Made by a program: the position numbers and the translations under genes
Virus record (IMG/VR): IMGVR_UViG_3300030100_000755
Span: 1 to 64,000 of that record
Origin: a virus
Lineage: Duplodnaviria > Caudoviricetes
Length of the DNA stretch: 64,000 nucleotides
Direction: 5' to 3' (one strand)
The notes under the pieces: generated by a model
The model's database searches: none
What the model saw: only the letters and a program-made list of their open reading frames with translations
What the model was told of the DNA's origin: nothing
Shown here: positions 55,957-64,000 of the stretch, one piece after another
Layout of the letters: every line of letters starts with the position of its first letter
How positions within the stretch are numbered: the first letter of the stretch is position 1

Positions 55957-56637
55957 ATGAAAAATGTTAAAGTACCTGATGATATGCAGGTTGGTACTGT
56001 GTATACAAGTGTAAATTGTGGTGATTTTGAAATACTTGAGTATGTTAACTCGGGTGATGTTAAAATTAAGTTTTTGAATACTGGTTATGAGAGAAGTGCT
56101 ACGGCAATAAATGTTCGCAATAAGACAGTTAGAGATCCATACCACCCTAGTTTTTATGGTAAAGGTTATACTGGGGTTGGTGAACACTCTACTTCCGTAA
56201 ACAATAAACACACTAAAATATATAGTCGGTGGAAAGGCATGCTTGAGAGATGTTATAGTCAAGCGCCAAAACGTAGAGAAATATTTAAAATGTATGATGA
56301 TTGTGAGGTTTGTGACTACTTCTTAAATTTCCAAAACTTTGCGTCTTGGTGGATTGAAAATTACCCCAAAGATGGTAAGGAGTATCAACTTGATAAAGAC
56401 AAGTTGGGTGATGGTAATAATAAAATATATTCACCAGAGACTTGCTGCTTTTTAACTGGTCAAGAAAATACTGAAATTGCAGTATCTAAACCTTATAGGT
56501 TCATATCACCAGATGGTGTTTTGCATGAAGGTGTAAATATGCATAAATTTGCTAAGGAACACAGGCTAGATTCTTCTAGCTTAGTTAAATTAAACAAAGG
56601 TAAATTAAAGAAACACAAAGGTTGGACGAAAGCCTAA
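55957..56637 (+). CDS. Free-standing HNH-type homing endonuclease with NUMOD-like C-terminus
   Basis: YSRWKGMLERCY, NFQNFASW, LDKDKL...NKIYSPETCCF; AGGAG RBS supports start 55957. Confidence 0.82.
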   Translation: MKNVKVPDDMQVGTVYTSVNCGDFEILEYVNSGDVKIKFLNTGYERSATAINVRNKTVRDPYHPSFYGKGYTGVGEHSTSVNNKHTKIYSRWKGMLERCYSQAPKRREIFKMYDDCEVCDYFLNFQNFASWWIENYPKDGKEYQLDKDKLGDGNNKIYSPETCCFLTGQENTEIAVSKPYRFISPDGVLHEGVNMHKFAKEHRLDSSSLVKLNKGKLKKHKGWTKA

Positions 56638-56658
56638 CTTAACGAGTTTCTTTTTAAT

Positions 56659-56703
56659 GTGTCTAAACACCTCATTAGATTAACTTTAAGAGGTGTTTAG
56701 ATG
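56659..56703 (+). promoter_or_regulatory. Putative late promoter inside an RBS-sequestering hairpin of terL
   Basis: GTGTC-12 nt-TAGATT; perfect 12-bp stem TCTAAACACCTC (56662-73) / GAGGTGTTTAGA (56690-701) covers the SD and the A of AUG. Confidence 0.7.
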
Positions 56704-58947
56704 CAAAAGCTTAGTGACCTGACCCCTGAGCAGAGACTAGAGATGGGCGACAAACTTCGCGCTATGAATAATGAGGATAAGAAGGCTTTCATAGATGGTC
56801 TTAGTAAAGAACAGCGTGAGGAGCTTTTATACGACCCAATTATATTTTTAAGACAAGAGCAGTTTGTACCAACAGACACCGACAACAACATCGCGTTGTT
56901 ACTATGTGGACGAGCGTGGGGAAAAAGTTTGACTAACACCACACCGATGTTAACAGCCAATAAAGGTTGGATCACTATGGGTGAACTAGAAGTTGGTGAT
57001 TACGTATATGACGAAAAAGGTCTACCTGTAAAAATTCTAGGCGTTTATCCACAACCACCTAAAGAGAAAATCTATAAGTTCACATTCAATGACAAAACTA
57101 CTATTACCTCATGTTCTGAACACGATTGGATGACGCTAAACACAGACGAGAAACGTGTATTCTATGATAACCACTATGACGGGTCTCGTGATTATCGTTA
57201 CGATGTTAATTGGGCAACAACAGGCGTGGCTACTAAGCGTACAACACAAGAGATTGTAGACACATTCGATGATAATCACGCCATACCTAGTGCATTCCCA
57301 TTACAATTTGACAATGATCAACACCACGACATTACACCGTATGAATTTGGCAACACATTTAGTGGTGGTGTAATCCCTGACGAATATATTTATTGCTCAA
57401 TAGAACAGCGTCAAGATTTTGTGCGTGGGTTTATGGACAAATATGGTGTTGTTCAAAATCACAACAATCCTAAATTTATTACCGAGGACAAAGACCTACA
57501 ACATAGTTTTGCATTCTTACTTAGGACATTAGGTGAACAACCACATTGTAAAATTAAGATAGATAAAGAGGGCAATGAATTATACACAGTTAGATGGAGA
57601 CCATGTAAATTTATCCCATTTACACTAAAGTATAAGGCTAAACGCACGTTCGTTGACAAGAAACTACCCTTTAGTAATCAGGGTAGATTAATTATGTCCT
57701 ATGAAGAAGTACCTTATGAGCCGACAACGTGTATTGAGGTAGATAATGATAGTCATCTATTCCTTGCTGGTGAAGGTCTAATACCTACGCACAATACACA
57801 TACAATATCACGAATGTTAAAGTGGTATATTGAGGAACAAGGTGTTAAGGATTTCACTATTGCTGCACCATCTAATAATGACCTAGTTCAAACTATCATT
57901 AATGGTGAGAGTGGCATTATACGTTCTTATGCTGATGGTGATCCTCGTACACCGACCTATATGCCTCATTATGGCGTTCTTAAATATCCTAATGGTGCAG
58001 TGGGTAGGTTAGTATCAAGTGAGTCACCAGAACGTGCTAGGGGTGGTAACAACGAATTAATCATTGCCGATGAATTAGGTTCATTTACAGGGGATGCGTT
58101 AGACTTCTGGCAACAATTGGAATATTCATTGCGTAAGGGTGTATCTCAAGCAATTATCTGTACTACACCTCGTGCTACACCATTAATGATTGACTTGGTT
58201 AAACGCGCTAAAGATCCTAATGATAACGTTAGACTGATCACTGGTTCTACACTAGCTAATGCCGATAACCTTACACCACAGATGATTGCTCGTGCTAAGA
58301 AAACAATGAATACTCGTGTTGGTCGTCAGGAAGTATTGGGTGAATTAATCCTTACTAATGATAAGGCATTATTTACACCAGACCTAATTGAAAAGACCAC
58401 TGTTGAAATGGTGGGTGAGTTTCATCGTAGTAAATGGGTTAAGTTTGCTATTGGACTAGATCCAAACTCAGGTACTGGTCGTAAAGATGCTGATGAATTT
58501 GGTATTGTCGTTGCGATATTAACAGAGAGTAATAAAGCGGTTATTGTTGAGAATAAAACAGGGCATCATACTGGTGATGAAGCTATGCGTATTGTTGGTG
58601 CGTTGTTTGACAAGTACAGTAAAATATGCAGTGGTAAAGTTAGAGTAGAGAAGAATGGTGCTGGTGCTTATGTAAAGTCTATGCTTAAACGCGATTTCCC
58701 ATTCATGCCAACAGAAGAGTTCCCGTCTACATCTAAGAAATATTCTCGTATAATGGCTATGGCACATTTATATGAAACAGATATTGCATATTTCGATAAA
58801 GATGCTATGCTTACTGGACTAACTGATGAAGCAATCACTTGGGACGGTAGTGGTAAATCACCTAACCATTTGGATGCTGCTTGCTTTGCACTAGACGGGT
58901 TAGTTAAGACAGGTAATTATGTTAAGAAAACTAAGTTTATTATTTGA
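56701..58947 (+). CDS. terL: Terminase large subunit (intein-containing; 458 aa after splicing)
   Basis: GRAWGK|T Walker A, IIADE Walker B, ICTTP, GLDP, HLDA nuclease motifs. Confidence 0.93.
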   Translation: MQKLSDLTPEQRLEMGDKLRAMNNEDKKAFIDGLSKEQREELLYDPIIFLRQEQFVPTDTDNNIALLLCGRAWGKSLTNTTPMLTANKGWITMGELEVGDYVYDEKGLPVKILGVYPQPPKEKIYKFTFNDKTTITSCSEHDWMTLNTDEKRVFYDNHYDGSRDYRYDVNWATTGVATKRTTQEIVDTFDDNHAIPSAFPLQFDNDQHHDITPYEFGNTFSGGVIPDEYIYCSIEQRQDFVRGFMDKYGVVQNHNNPKFITEDKDLQHSFAFLLRTLGEQPHCKIKIDKEGNELYTVRWRPCKFIPFTLKYKAKRTFVDKKLPFSNQGRLIMSYEEVPYEPTTCIEVDNDSHLFLAGEGLIPTHNTHTISRMLKWYIEEQGVKDFTIAAPSNNDLVQTIINGESGIIRSYADGDPRTPTYMPHYGVLKYPNGAVGRLVSSESPERARGGNNELIIADELGSFTGDALDFWQQLEYSLRKGVSQAIICTTPRATPLMIDLVKRAKDPNDNVRLITGSTLANADNLTPQMIARAKKTMNTRVGRQEVLGELILTNDKALFTPDLIEKTTVEMVGEFHRSKWVKFAIGLDPNSGTGRKDADEFGIVVAILTESNKAVIVENKTGHHTGDEAMRIVGALFDKYSKICSGKVRVEKNGAGAYVKSMLKRDFPFMPTEEFPSTSKKYSRIMAMAHLYETDIAYFDKDAMLTGLTDEAITWDGSGKSPNHLDAACFALDGLVKTGNYVKKTKFII
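56926..57795 (+). mobile_element. 290-aa intein with degenerate LAGLIDADG domain
   Basis: Starts SLTNTTP...MGELEVGD, TCSEHDW block B, ends FLAGEGLIPTHN followed by Thr; RGFMDKYG block E remnant. Confidence 0.92.
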
Positions 58948-58961
58948 TTAAAGGGGTGGTT

Positions 58962-59312
58962 ATGGATTTATATAAAATATTAGTAAGATATTATTCTCAA
59001 AAAGATTATCACGAATCAATCGAGGGTTTCATAGTAGCAGATAGTGATGAAGCAGTTTATGATTATGTAGACCGTAAGCAATACGGTTATTATAGCGATA
59101 TGAATGAGGATAGTGGTGGTACATTTAAAGAAAGGATGATTAAGGTTGGTGGTGAGTATTTCGATGAGGATTATGATCCCCATGATTTATACTATGGTGC
59201 TACTGCTTATGGTTGGGAAAAAGTAAGCGAATTTGATTTGGAGAAGGGTATTATGATATTAAAAGAATTGGATATTCTTATGAACGAAGAAGATTGGGGT
59301 GATTTAGGTTAA
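58962..59312 (+). CDS. Acidic hypothetical protein
   Basis: AGGGG RBS before ATG 58962. Confidence 0.7.
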   Translation: MDLYKILVRYYSQKDYHESIEGFIVADSDEAVYDYVDRKQYGYYSDMNEDSGGTFKERMIKVGGEYFDEDYDPHDLYYGATAYGWEKVSEFDLEKGIMILKELDILMNEEDWGDLG

Positions 59313-59321
59313 AATAATTTT

Positions 59322-59349
59322 GAACTTTATTTTATCATCAGTTGTCGAA
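59322..59349 (+). promoter_or_regulatory. SigmaE/ECF-type promoter match
   Basis: GAACTT-16 nt-GTCGAA. Confidence 0.45.
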
Positions 59350-59354
59350 TAGGC

Positions 59355-59641
59355 GTAAACAGGTTTCATATAGGGTTAGTCATCCTTGTTTTCCTCCTCC
59401 TAAATTGACTCGCCTAGCCTCCGTTAAGGGCTGATAATGTTTTGGGAAGGTGGTTACGGGTCTGAACAGGCTTAGCTAAAAACGTAGGCTACGATAGCAC
59501 ACCAAACTGTTACCGCTGCTTAACCATTTTCACCAAAGCGTTATACGGGTTGCACATTTGTAGCTGCGCTTTCGATTTACCCACGTTATGGGTATACATA
59601 ATATTACTTCCTTATTTTGCCCACCTCGCGTGGGCTTTTTT
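59355..59641 (+). ncRNA. Candidate structured non-coding RNA (about 290 nt)
   Basis: ORF-free, locally GC-richer, several helices, promoter match upstream, terminator at the end; not a recognisable tRNA. Confidence 0.4.
59619..59641 (+). terminator. Intrinsic terminator
   Basis: GCCCAC-CTCGC-GTGGGC-TTTTTT. Confidence 0.8.
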
Positions 59642-59700
59642 ATATGCGTTCAATAATTATAAAAGTTCATTATAATTGTACATAAAATATAAATGAACAG

Positions 59701-59729
59701 TTGACGTAGTTAGTTAGTGGGTGTATTGT
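59701..59729 (+). promoter_or_regulatory. Sigma70-type promoter
   Basis: TTGACG-17 nt-TATTGT with AT-rich UP region. Confidence 0.6.
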
Positions 59730-59760
59730 TGTTGGGCTTACTTAACAGAGGAGAAAAATT

Positions 59761-60033
59761 ATGAGCAATCTTATTGATATGATAATTTCAGACCTATTTA
59801 AGAATAGGTGGTCTGGTAATTTAGCAGAAGGTAATCTTGATGAACAAAAGAGACAATTGTTTAAGACATTAAAAGATCAAACAATGGGTTATTGGTCTGG
59901 TCATACGGCATACCATATCGCAGTAGATGGTGGTTTTCTAATAGATGGTAAAAGATGTACATATAAAAAAGTTACTCGTCTTGGCGCTATTTTTATTGAG
60001 CAATATTTAAAGGAGAATGATTATGTTTGTTAA
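59761..60033 (+). CDS. Hypothetical protein
   Basis: 90 aa with GAGGAG RBS. Confidence 0.72.
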   Translation: MSNLIDMIISDLFKNRWSGNLAEGNLDEQKRQLFKTLKDQTMGYWSGHTAYHIAVDGGFLIDGKRCTYKKVTRLGAIFIEQYLKENDYVC

Positions 60034-60982
60034 ATTTGGAAAGATAGAGCAGTTCAGAAATGTAGTAAAACAAGTTAGGGATTATTGTTCTTATCATAAT
60101 AAGCCCTTACCAACAATAGATTTTAATGGCACTGTTAAATTACACGGCACTAATGCCGCAGTCGGTGTTGATGAGTACGGAAATCTATTTTGTCAATCTC
60201 GTTCTCGCGTTATAACACCTGATGACGATAACTTTGGGTTTGCAAACTTCGTTATGGATAATAAACATTACTTTGAATCACTTTTAGGATTCTTGTGTTA
60301 TAGAGAAGATGTTGATTCATGTATTTTATATGGGGAATGGTGTGGAAGTAATATTCAAAAAGGTGTAGCTCTATCAGAACTTGATAAAATGTTTGTTGTG
60401 TTTGACGGTAAAGGTTTTCGTGGTGGTGATGAGTTTAAATTGAATGTTAACTTGATTGACCTAGACAATCAGTATAACGTATATAACATCAATGAGTTCC
60501 CCACTTATAACGTGACGGTGGATTTCAACAACCCCGAAGATATTGTTAATACCTTAACCTCTATTACAGAACGTGTAGAAAAAGAATGTCCAGTTGGTAA
60601 ACATTTTAATGTATCTGGTGTAGGAGAAGGTGTGGTATGGACTTCTGATTTTAAAGGTAATGATTTGCGCTTTAAAGTAAAAGGGGAAAAGCATTCTGTA
60701 TCTAAAGTTAAGAAATTGGTATCTGTCGATCCAGAAGTTGTAGAATCTGTTAAAAACTTTGTTGATTATGCGGTGACAGAAAATAGACTAGAACAAGGAT
60801 TACAAGAAGTTGGATTAGATCAAAATAAAATAGGAATGTTCATTGGTTGGGTTAATAAAGATATTAACAAAGAGGAAAAAGATGTTCTTGATAAAAATGG
60901 ATTGACCATGAAGCAAGTTGGTGGTAAGGTTTCGGATAAAGCAAGGAATTTTTACCTAAACAAGCTTAATAATTTTAAATAA
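60023..60982 (+). CDS. RNA ligase 2 (Rnl2)-family ligase
   Basis: KLHGTN motif I, YGEWCG, VVFD, GEGVV, FKVKGEKH. Confidence 0.85.
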   Translation: MFVKFGKIEQFRNVVKQVRDYCSYHNKPLPTIDFNGTVKLHGTNAAVGVDEYGNLFCQSRSRVITPDDDNFGFANFVMDNKHYFESLLGFLCYREDVDSCILYGEWCGSNIQKGVALSELDKMFVVFDGKGFRGGDEFKLNVNLIDLDNQYNVYNINEFPTYNVTVDFNNPEDIVNTLTSITERVEKECPVGKHFNVSGVGEGVVWTSDFKGNDLRFKVKGEKHSVSKVKKLVSVDPEVVESVKNFVDYAVTENRLEQGLQEVGLDQNKIGMFIGWVNKDINKEEKDVLDKNGLTMKQVGGKVSDKARNFYLNKLNNFK

Positions 60983-60999
60983 AACAAAGGGGAATAATT

Positions 61000-61557
61000 A
61001 TGACTAAACAACCATACCTAATCGTGGATTTAGAGACACTTGGTACTAAATCTAATTCAGTGATCATGTCTATTGGCGCTGTACTATTCACAGAGAAAGG
61101 TATTGCTAAAGATAAGTTCTATACTAATATAGACATTAAATCATGCATTGATAAAGGTCTCAACGTTGATGGTGATACATTGATGTGGTGGATGGAGCAG
61201 AGTGATACAGCGCGTAATTCTTTAAATGGTAATCGACTACCACTAGATAAAGCATTGCAGAAACTAAAGAATTATGTCTTTAAAAATGCTAAGACTTATG
61301 ATGTTCATCCTGTCGGTAACAGTGCAAGATTCGATATGGGTCTGCTAGAAAATGCTTATAATGCTTGTGGGCAGGAAGTATTCTGGAAATTCTGGATGGA
61401 GCGCGATTACAGAACGTGGAAATCATTAAATGGTGCATTACCTATCTCAAGACATAATGGTTGCGATTCTGCTACACACAATGCATTGCAGGACGCTATT
61501 GAGCAAGCTGAACATGCTATTGAGCTTAATAAACAATTCGGTGGTATATTGTTATGA
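61000..61557 (+). CDS. DEDDh 3'-5' exonuclease
   Basis: IVDLETLG, GNSARFD, HNALQDA. Confidence 0.88.
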   Translation: MTKQPYLIVDLETLGTKSNSVIMSIGAVLFTEKGIAKDKFYTNIDIKSCIDKGLNVDGDTLMWWMEQSDTARNSLNGNRLPLDKALQKLKNYVFKNAKTYDVHPVGNSARFDMGLLENAYNACGQEVFWKFWMERDYRTWKSLNGALPISRHNGCDSATHNALQDAIEQAEHAIELNKQFGGILL

Positions 61558-61706
61558 GTGGGCGAGGTTATAAATTACTAGTGGCGTTATTGCTATTATG
61601 TAATGTGTGTACGCTGGTTTATATTGGTTATCAAAATAATAATTCACAAGTTGTTGACCAAGAGAAAACTACATGCTATCTTCCATCTGTAAACTATAAA
61701 TTTTAA
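61554..61706 (+). CDS. Small membrane-anchored protein (50 aa, missing from ORF track)
   Basis: ATGA coupling; MSGRGYKLLVALLLLCNVCTLVYIG. Confidence 0.6.
   Translation: MSGRGYKLLVALLLLCNVCTLVYIGYQNNNSQVVDQEKTTCYLPSVNYKF
61654..61682 (+). promoter_or_regulatory. Sigma70-type promoter
   Basis: TTGACC-17 nt-TATCTT with TGn. Confidence 0.6.
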
Positions 61707-61723
61707 CGAGGAGTGATGTTATT

Positions 61724-62374
61724 ATGAGTGATATTAAGCTTATATTATTAAATGGGGGAAAGGGTTGCGGTAAAAGTGTATTAACACAACACTTGACTCC
61801 TAGATTATGTGGAAATGAAGCACGTTGTAAAGACAAGTTATTTGAATTAACAATGAGTTTATTTGATGTAAAAGCTGGTGATTTCTGGTCAATCTATAAT
61901 GACAGGGAGCGCAAAGAAAAGCCTGATGATTTATTCACTGTTAAAAGACCACAAGCTATTATGTTATATAATATGATTGGTGGTGAAGATTTATATAATC
62001 GTTGTGCTTTATCGAAACACGATGTTCCATTATCAGTTCGTGAGGCAATGATTTATGTATCTGAACTGGTAGTTAAACCTACTTTTGGTAGTGATTATTT
62101 TGGTGTTAGTCGCGCTAAGAATCTATTGTCTGGTGTTTATGTTGACGACAGTGCTGCGTTCGTGGATGAAATTAAGCCAGCTATTGATAAGATTGGCATG
62201 AATAACATATTACTTGTTAGAATTTATGGTCGTGGTGATTTTGAAGGTGATAGTCGTAATTATTTACCAGATCATATTGTTACTAATGTTGTTGATGTGT
62301 ATAATAACAAAAGTGAATCTGAGTTCTTAATTGAAACAACAGATAAAATTGAAGCGTTTTTAAGAGGAGAGTAA
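61724..62374 (+). CDS. Deoxynucleoside monophosphate kinase-like P-loop protein
   Basis: LLNGGKGCGKS, SVREAMIYVSE, DDSAAFVDE. Confidence 0.7.
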   Translation: MSDIKLILLNGGKGCGKSVLTQHLTPRLCGNEARCKDKLFELTMSLFDVKAGDFWSIYNDRERKEKPDDLFTVKRPQAIMLYNMIGGEDLYNRCALSKHDVPLSVREAMIYVSELVVKPTFGSDYFGVSRAKNLLSGVYVDDSAAFVDEIKPAIDKIGMNNILLVRIYGRGDFEGDSRNYLPDHIVTNVVDVYNNKSESEFLIETTDKIEAFLRGE

Positions 62375-62376
62375 TA

Positions 62377-62772
62377 ATGACACCAGAACAGAAAATTAAG
62401 CATATTATTATACACCAAACAGCGTTGTGGAAAGAGGTATTACCACCAACTGTTACCGATGTTAATGTTGACGATTTGTACGATGAATTAGTAGAACATG
62501 ATGAACATTGGGATGCTTTGTATGACGTGAGAGAGGGTGAAGTTGAAACAAACCTACCTTGTCCAAGTTCACGTCACTATGAGAGTAAATCAGTAGCTAG
62601 TAGCACACCATCTGGTGAATGGGTTGGTTGGACTTATTGGTACGGTGGTGGTAAATATTCTGAACCAGAGGATATTGATTGGATGAGCGAGGCTTATGAT
62701 TTAGACTGTGTTGAAACAGAAAGGCTCGTGACAGTTAGAGAATTTAGTAAGAGGGAGAGTAATTATGACTAA
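62377..62772 (+). CDS. Hypothetical protein
   Basis: 131 aa; VGWTYWYGGGK motif. Confidence 0.72.
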   Translation: MTPEQKIKHIIIHQTALWKEVLPPTVTDVNVDDLYDELVEHDEHWDALYDVREGEVETNLPCPSSRHYESKSVASSTPSGEWVGWTYWYGGGKYSEPEDIDWMSEAYDLDCVETERLVTVREFSKRESNYD

Positions 62773-63343
62773 ACCATTATTAGCACTAGATTGCGATCAA
62801 GTAATCACCGACTATGTATCAGGGTTTACAGCATTTGTTATTAATCATGGGTATGGGTTAAATCTGGATAATGATTTCAGCAGCTACGACATTAGCACCT
62901 ACTTTAACGGGTTGTCGCGAAATAAATGTCGTGATTTAATTGTTAAATATAATGATACGGAATCACCACCTGTTTATGGTTATCTGAAAAATGTTATACC
63001 ATCATTGTTGCAAAAATACGACATTGTAATCGTTACAAGTCACGGTGGTGGTGACTATGCAAGAAAACAACGTCTTGATATGTTATTAAGTTTAGGTTTT
63101 ACGGATGTATTTATTTTAGGTTTAGGTGAAAACAAGCAAGGTATTCTTGAGGAATTAAAGCCTGATATTTTCATTGATGATAGCCCTGAGCAATTATTAG
63201 CAGGGATTAATGCTGGTGTTGAGCAAGTAATTGCATTAGAATACCCATACAATCGCGATTGGGTTGATGATTATAACCGTAATCGTAGCATTGGTGATAA
63301 GAAACGAATTAAGAGTATTAAAAGTTTAAAGGAGATTATTTAA
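62765..63343 (+). CDS. HAD-superfamily 5'(3')-deoxyribonucleotidase
   Basis: LDCDQV, VTS, FIDD motifs. Confidence 0.8.
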   Translation: MTKPLLALDCDQVITDYVSGFTAFVINHGYGLNLDNDFSSYDISTYFNGLSRNKCRDLIVKYNDTESPPVYGYLKNVIPSLLQKYDIVIVTSHGGGDYARKQRLDMLLSLGFTDVFILGLGENKQGILEELKPDIFIDDSPEQLLAGINAGVEQVIALEYPYNRDWVDDYNRNRSIGDKKRIKSIKSLKEII

Positions 63344-64000
63344 TGAGTAGACCTAGTGCTAAAGTTATTGCACACAGTGAAGCGCCTAATGGTGAGCAGT
63401 TGATTACATTGGAAATTGAGTTGCATAGGTTTGTATTACCTGAGAATAACACACACAGATCTTTTAGTAGAAACTATGCTAGTTCTAGGGCTTGTCCAGT
63501 AACTAGTCAATTAGAACAAGTTGCTAATGATCCAGCAATGCCTGTCCATTGGGGTAAAAACCAATCTGGTATGGTTGCTGATAAAGAATTGTCAGGGATG
63601 GAGAGAAAACTAGCCGAGATGATCATATTAGGAATGCGAGATGCTTGCCTAAATGGGGTTAAACAGCTTGCTGAATTAGGTCTTCATAAGCAAGTATCTA
63701 ATCGCTACATTGAGCCTTGGCTTTGGACAAAGGGGGTTATAACAACAACCAAAGATGAATTTGACGCATTCTTTAGATTACGCTGCCATAAAGATGCACA
63801 ACCTGAGATTAAGTTATTAGCAGAAAGAATGCGCGATGCTATTAATTCGAGTGTTTCTGTTAAGTTGAAAGTAGGTGATTACCATTTACCATATATTGAG
63901 TGTTATAAACCATTAGGATCAGGTAAGCAAGTGTTCCCTGTTGGTAATGGTACAAGTGAGGTGTATTCGTTAGAAAATGCCGTGAAGATTAGTACATCAT
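63343..64000 (+). CDS. thyX: Flavin-dependent thymidylate synthase (3' end beyond window; missing from ORF track)
   Basis: MSRPSAKVIAHS...HRFVLPENNTHRSFSRNYASSRA, PVHWGKNQSGM, KQVSNR, LRCHKDAQPEI. Confidence 0.9.
   Translation, partial: MSRPSAKVIAHSEAPNGEQLITLEIELHRFVLPENNTHRSFSRNYASSRACPVTSQLEQVANDPAMPVHWGKNQSGMVADKELSGMERKLAEMIILGMRDACLNGVKQLAELGLHKQVSNRYIEPWLWTKGVITTTKDEFDAFFRLRCHKDAQPEIKLLAERMRDAINSSVSVKLKVGDYHLPYIECYKPLGSGKQVFPVGNGTSEVYSLENAVKISTS

Noticed and set aside
59400-59620. tRNA gene or c-di-GMP riboswitch in the ncRNA candidate
   Set aside because: No cloverleaf or GTTCRA T-loop and no GEMM conserved core found by eye.
1-64000. Lysogeny module, rRNA or IS elements
   Set aside because: No integrase, repressor/antirepressor pair, transposase or rRNA-like sequence recognised in this window.

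Overview
A 64-kb slice of an AT-rich, apparently virulent (no integrase or repressor seen) long-tailed dsDNA phage (siphovirus). The host is probably a marine gammaproteobacterium (inference from class Ia RNR, ThyX, PhoH, two-component spanins, acidic proteins and LamG-like virion proteins). The left arm (1-53.6 kb) is almost all minus strand: HTH protein next to an origin-like iterated region, Pif1-like helicase, early accessory ORFs, Dam-like and beta-class DNA methyltransferases, glutaredoxin, nrdB, nrdA split by a 256-nt group I intron right after the radical cysteine codon, HTH-metallophosphoesterase, MazG-like enzyme, endonuclease I-like resolvase, 5'-3' exonuclease, SSB, family-B-type DNA polymerase, primase-helicase, an isolated plus-strand terS, the lysis cassette (containing an intact stand-alone CheY-like receiver domain), tail, head, portal, LamG-like virion protein, PhoH and an HslV-like protease. 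The right arm (54.3-64 kb, plus strand) has an ECF-like sigma factor, a free-standing HNH-type endonuclease, terL with a decayed LAGLIDADG intein, a candidate ncRNA, RNA ligase 2, DEDD exonuclease, dNMP kinase, HAD nucleotidase and thyX (cut by the window end). The most unusual items are the receiver domain in the lysis operon, the nrdA intron, a hairpin that sequesters the terL RBS and overlaps a recurring putative late-promoter motif, and sigmaE-type promoter matches in front of the sigma gene and the candidate ncRNA. Family assignments come from motif recognition by eye; no database searches were run.
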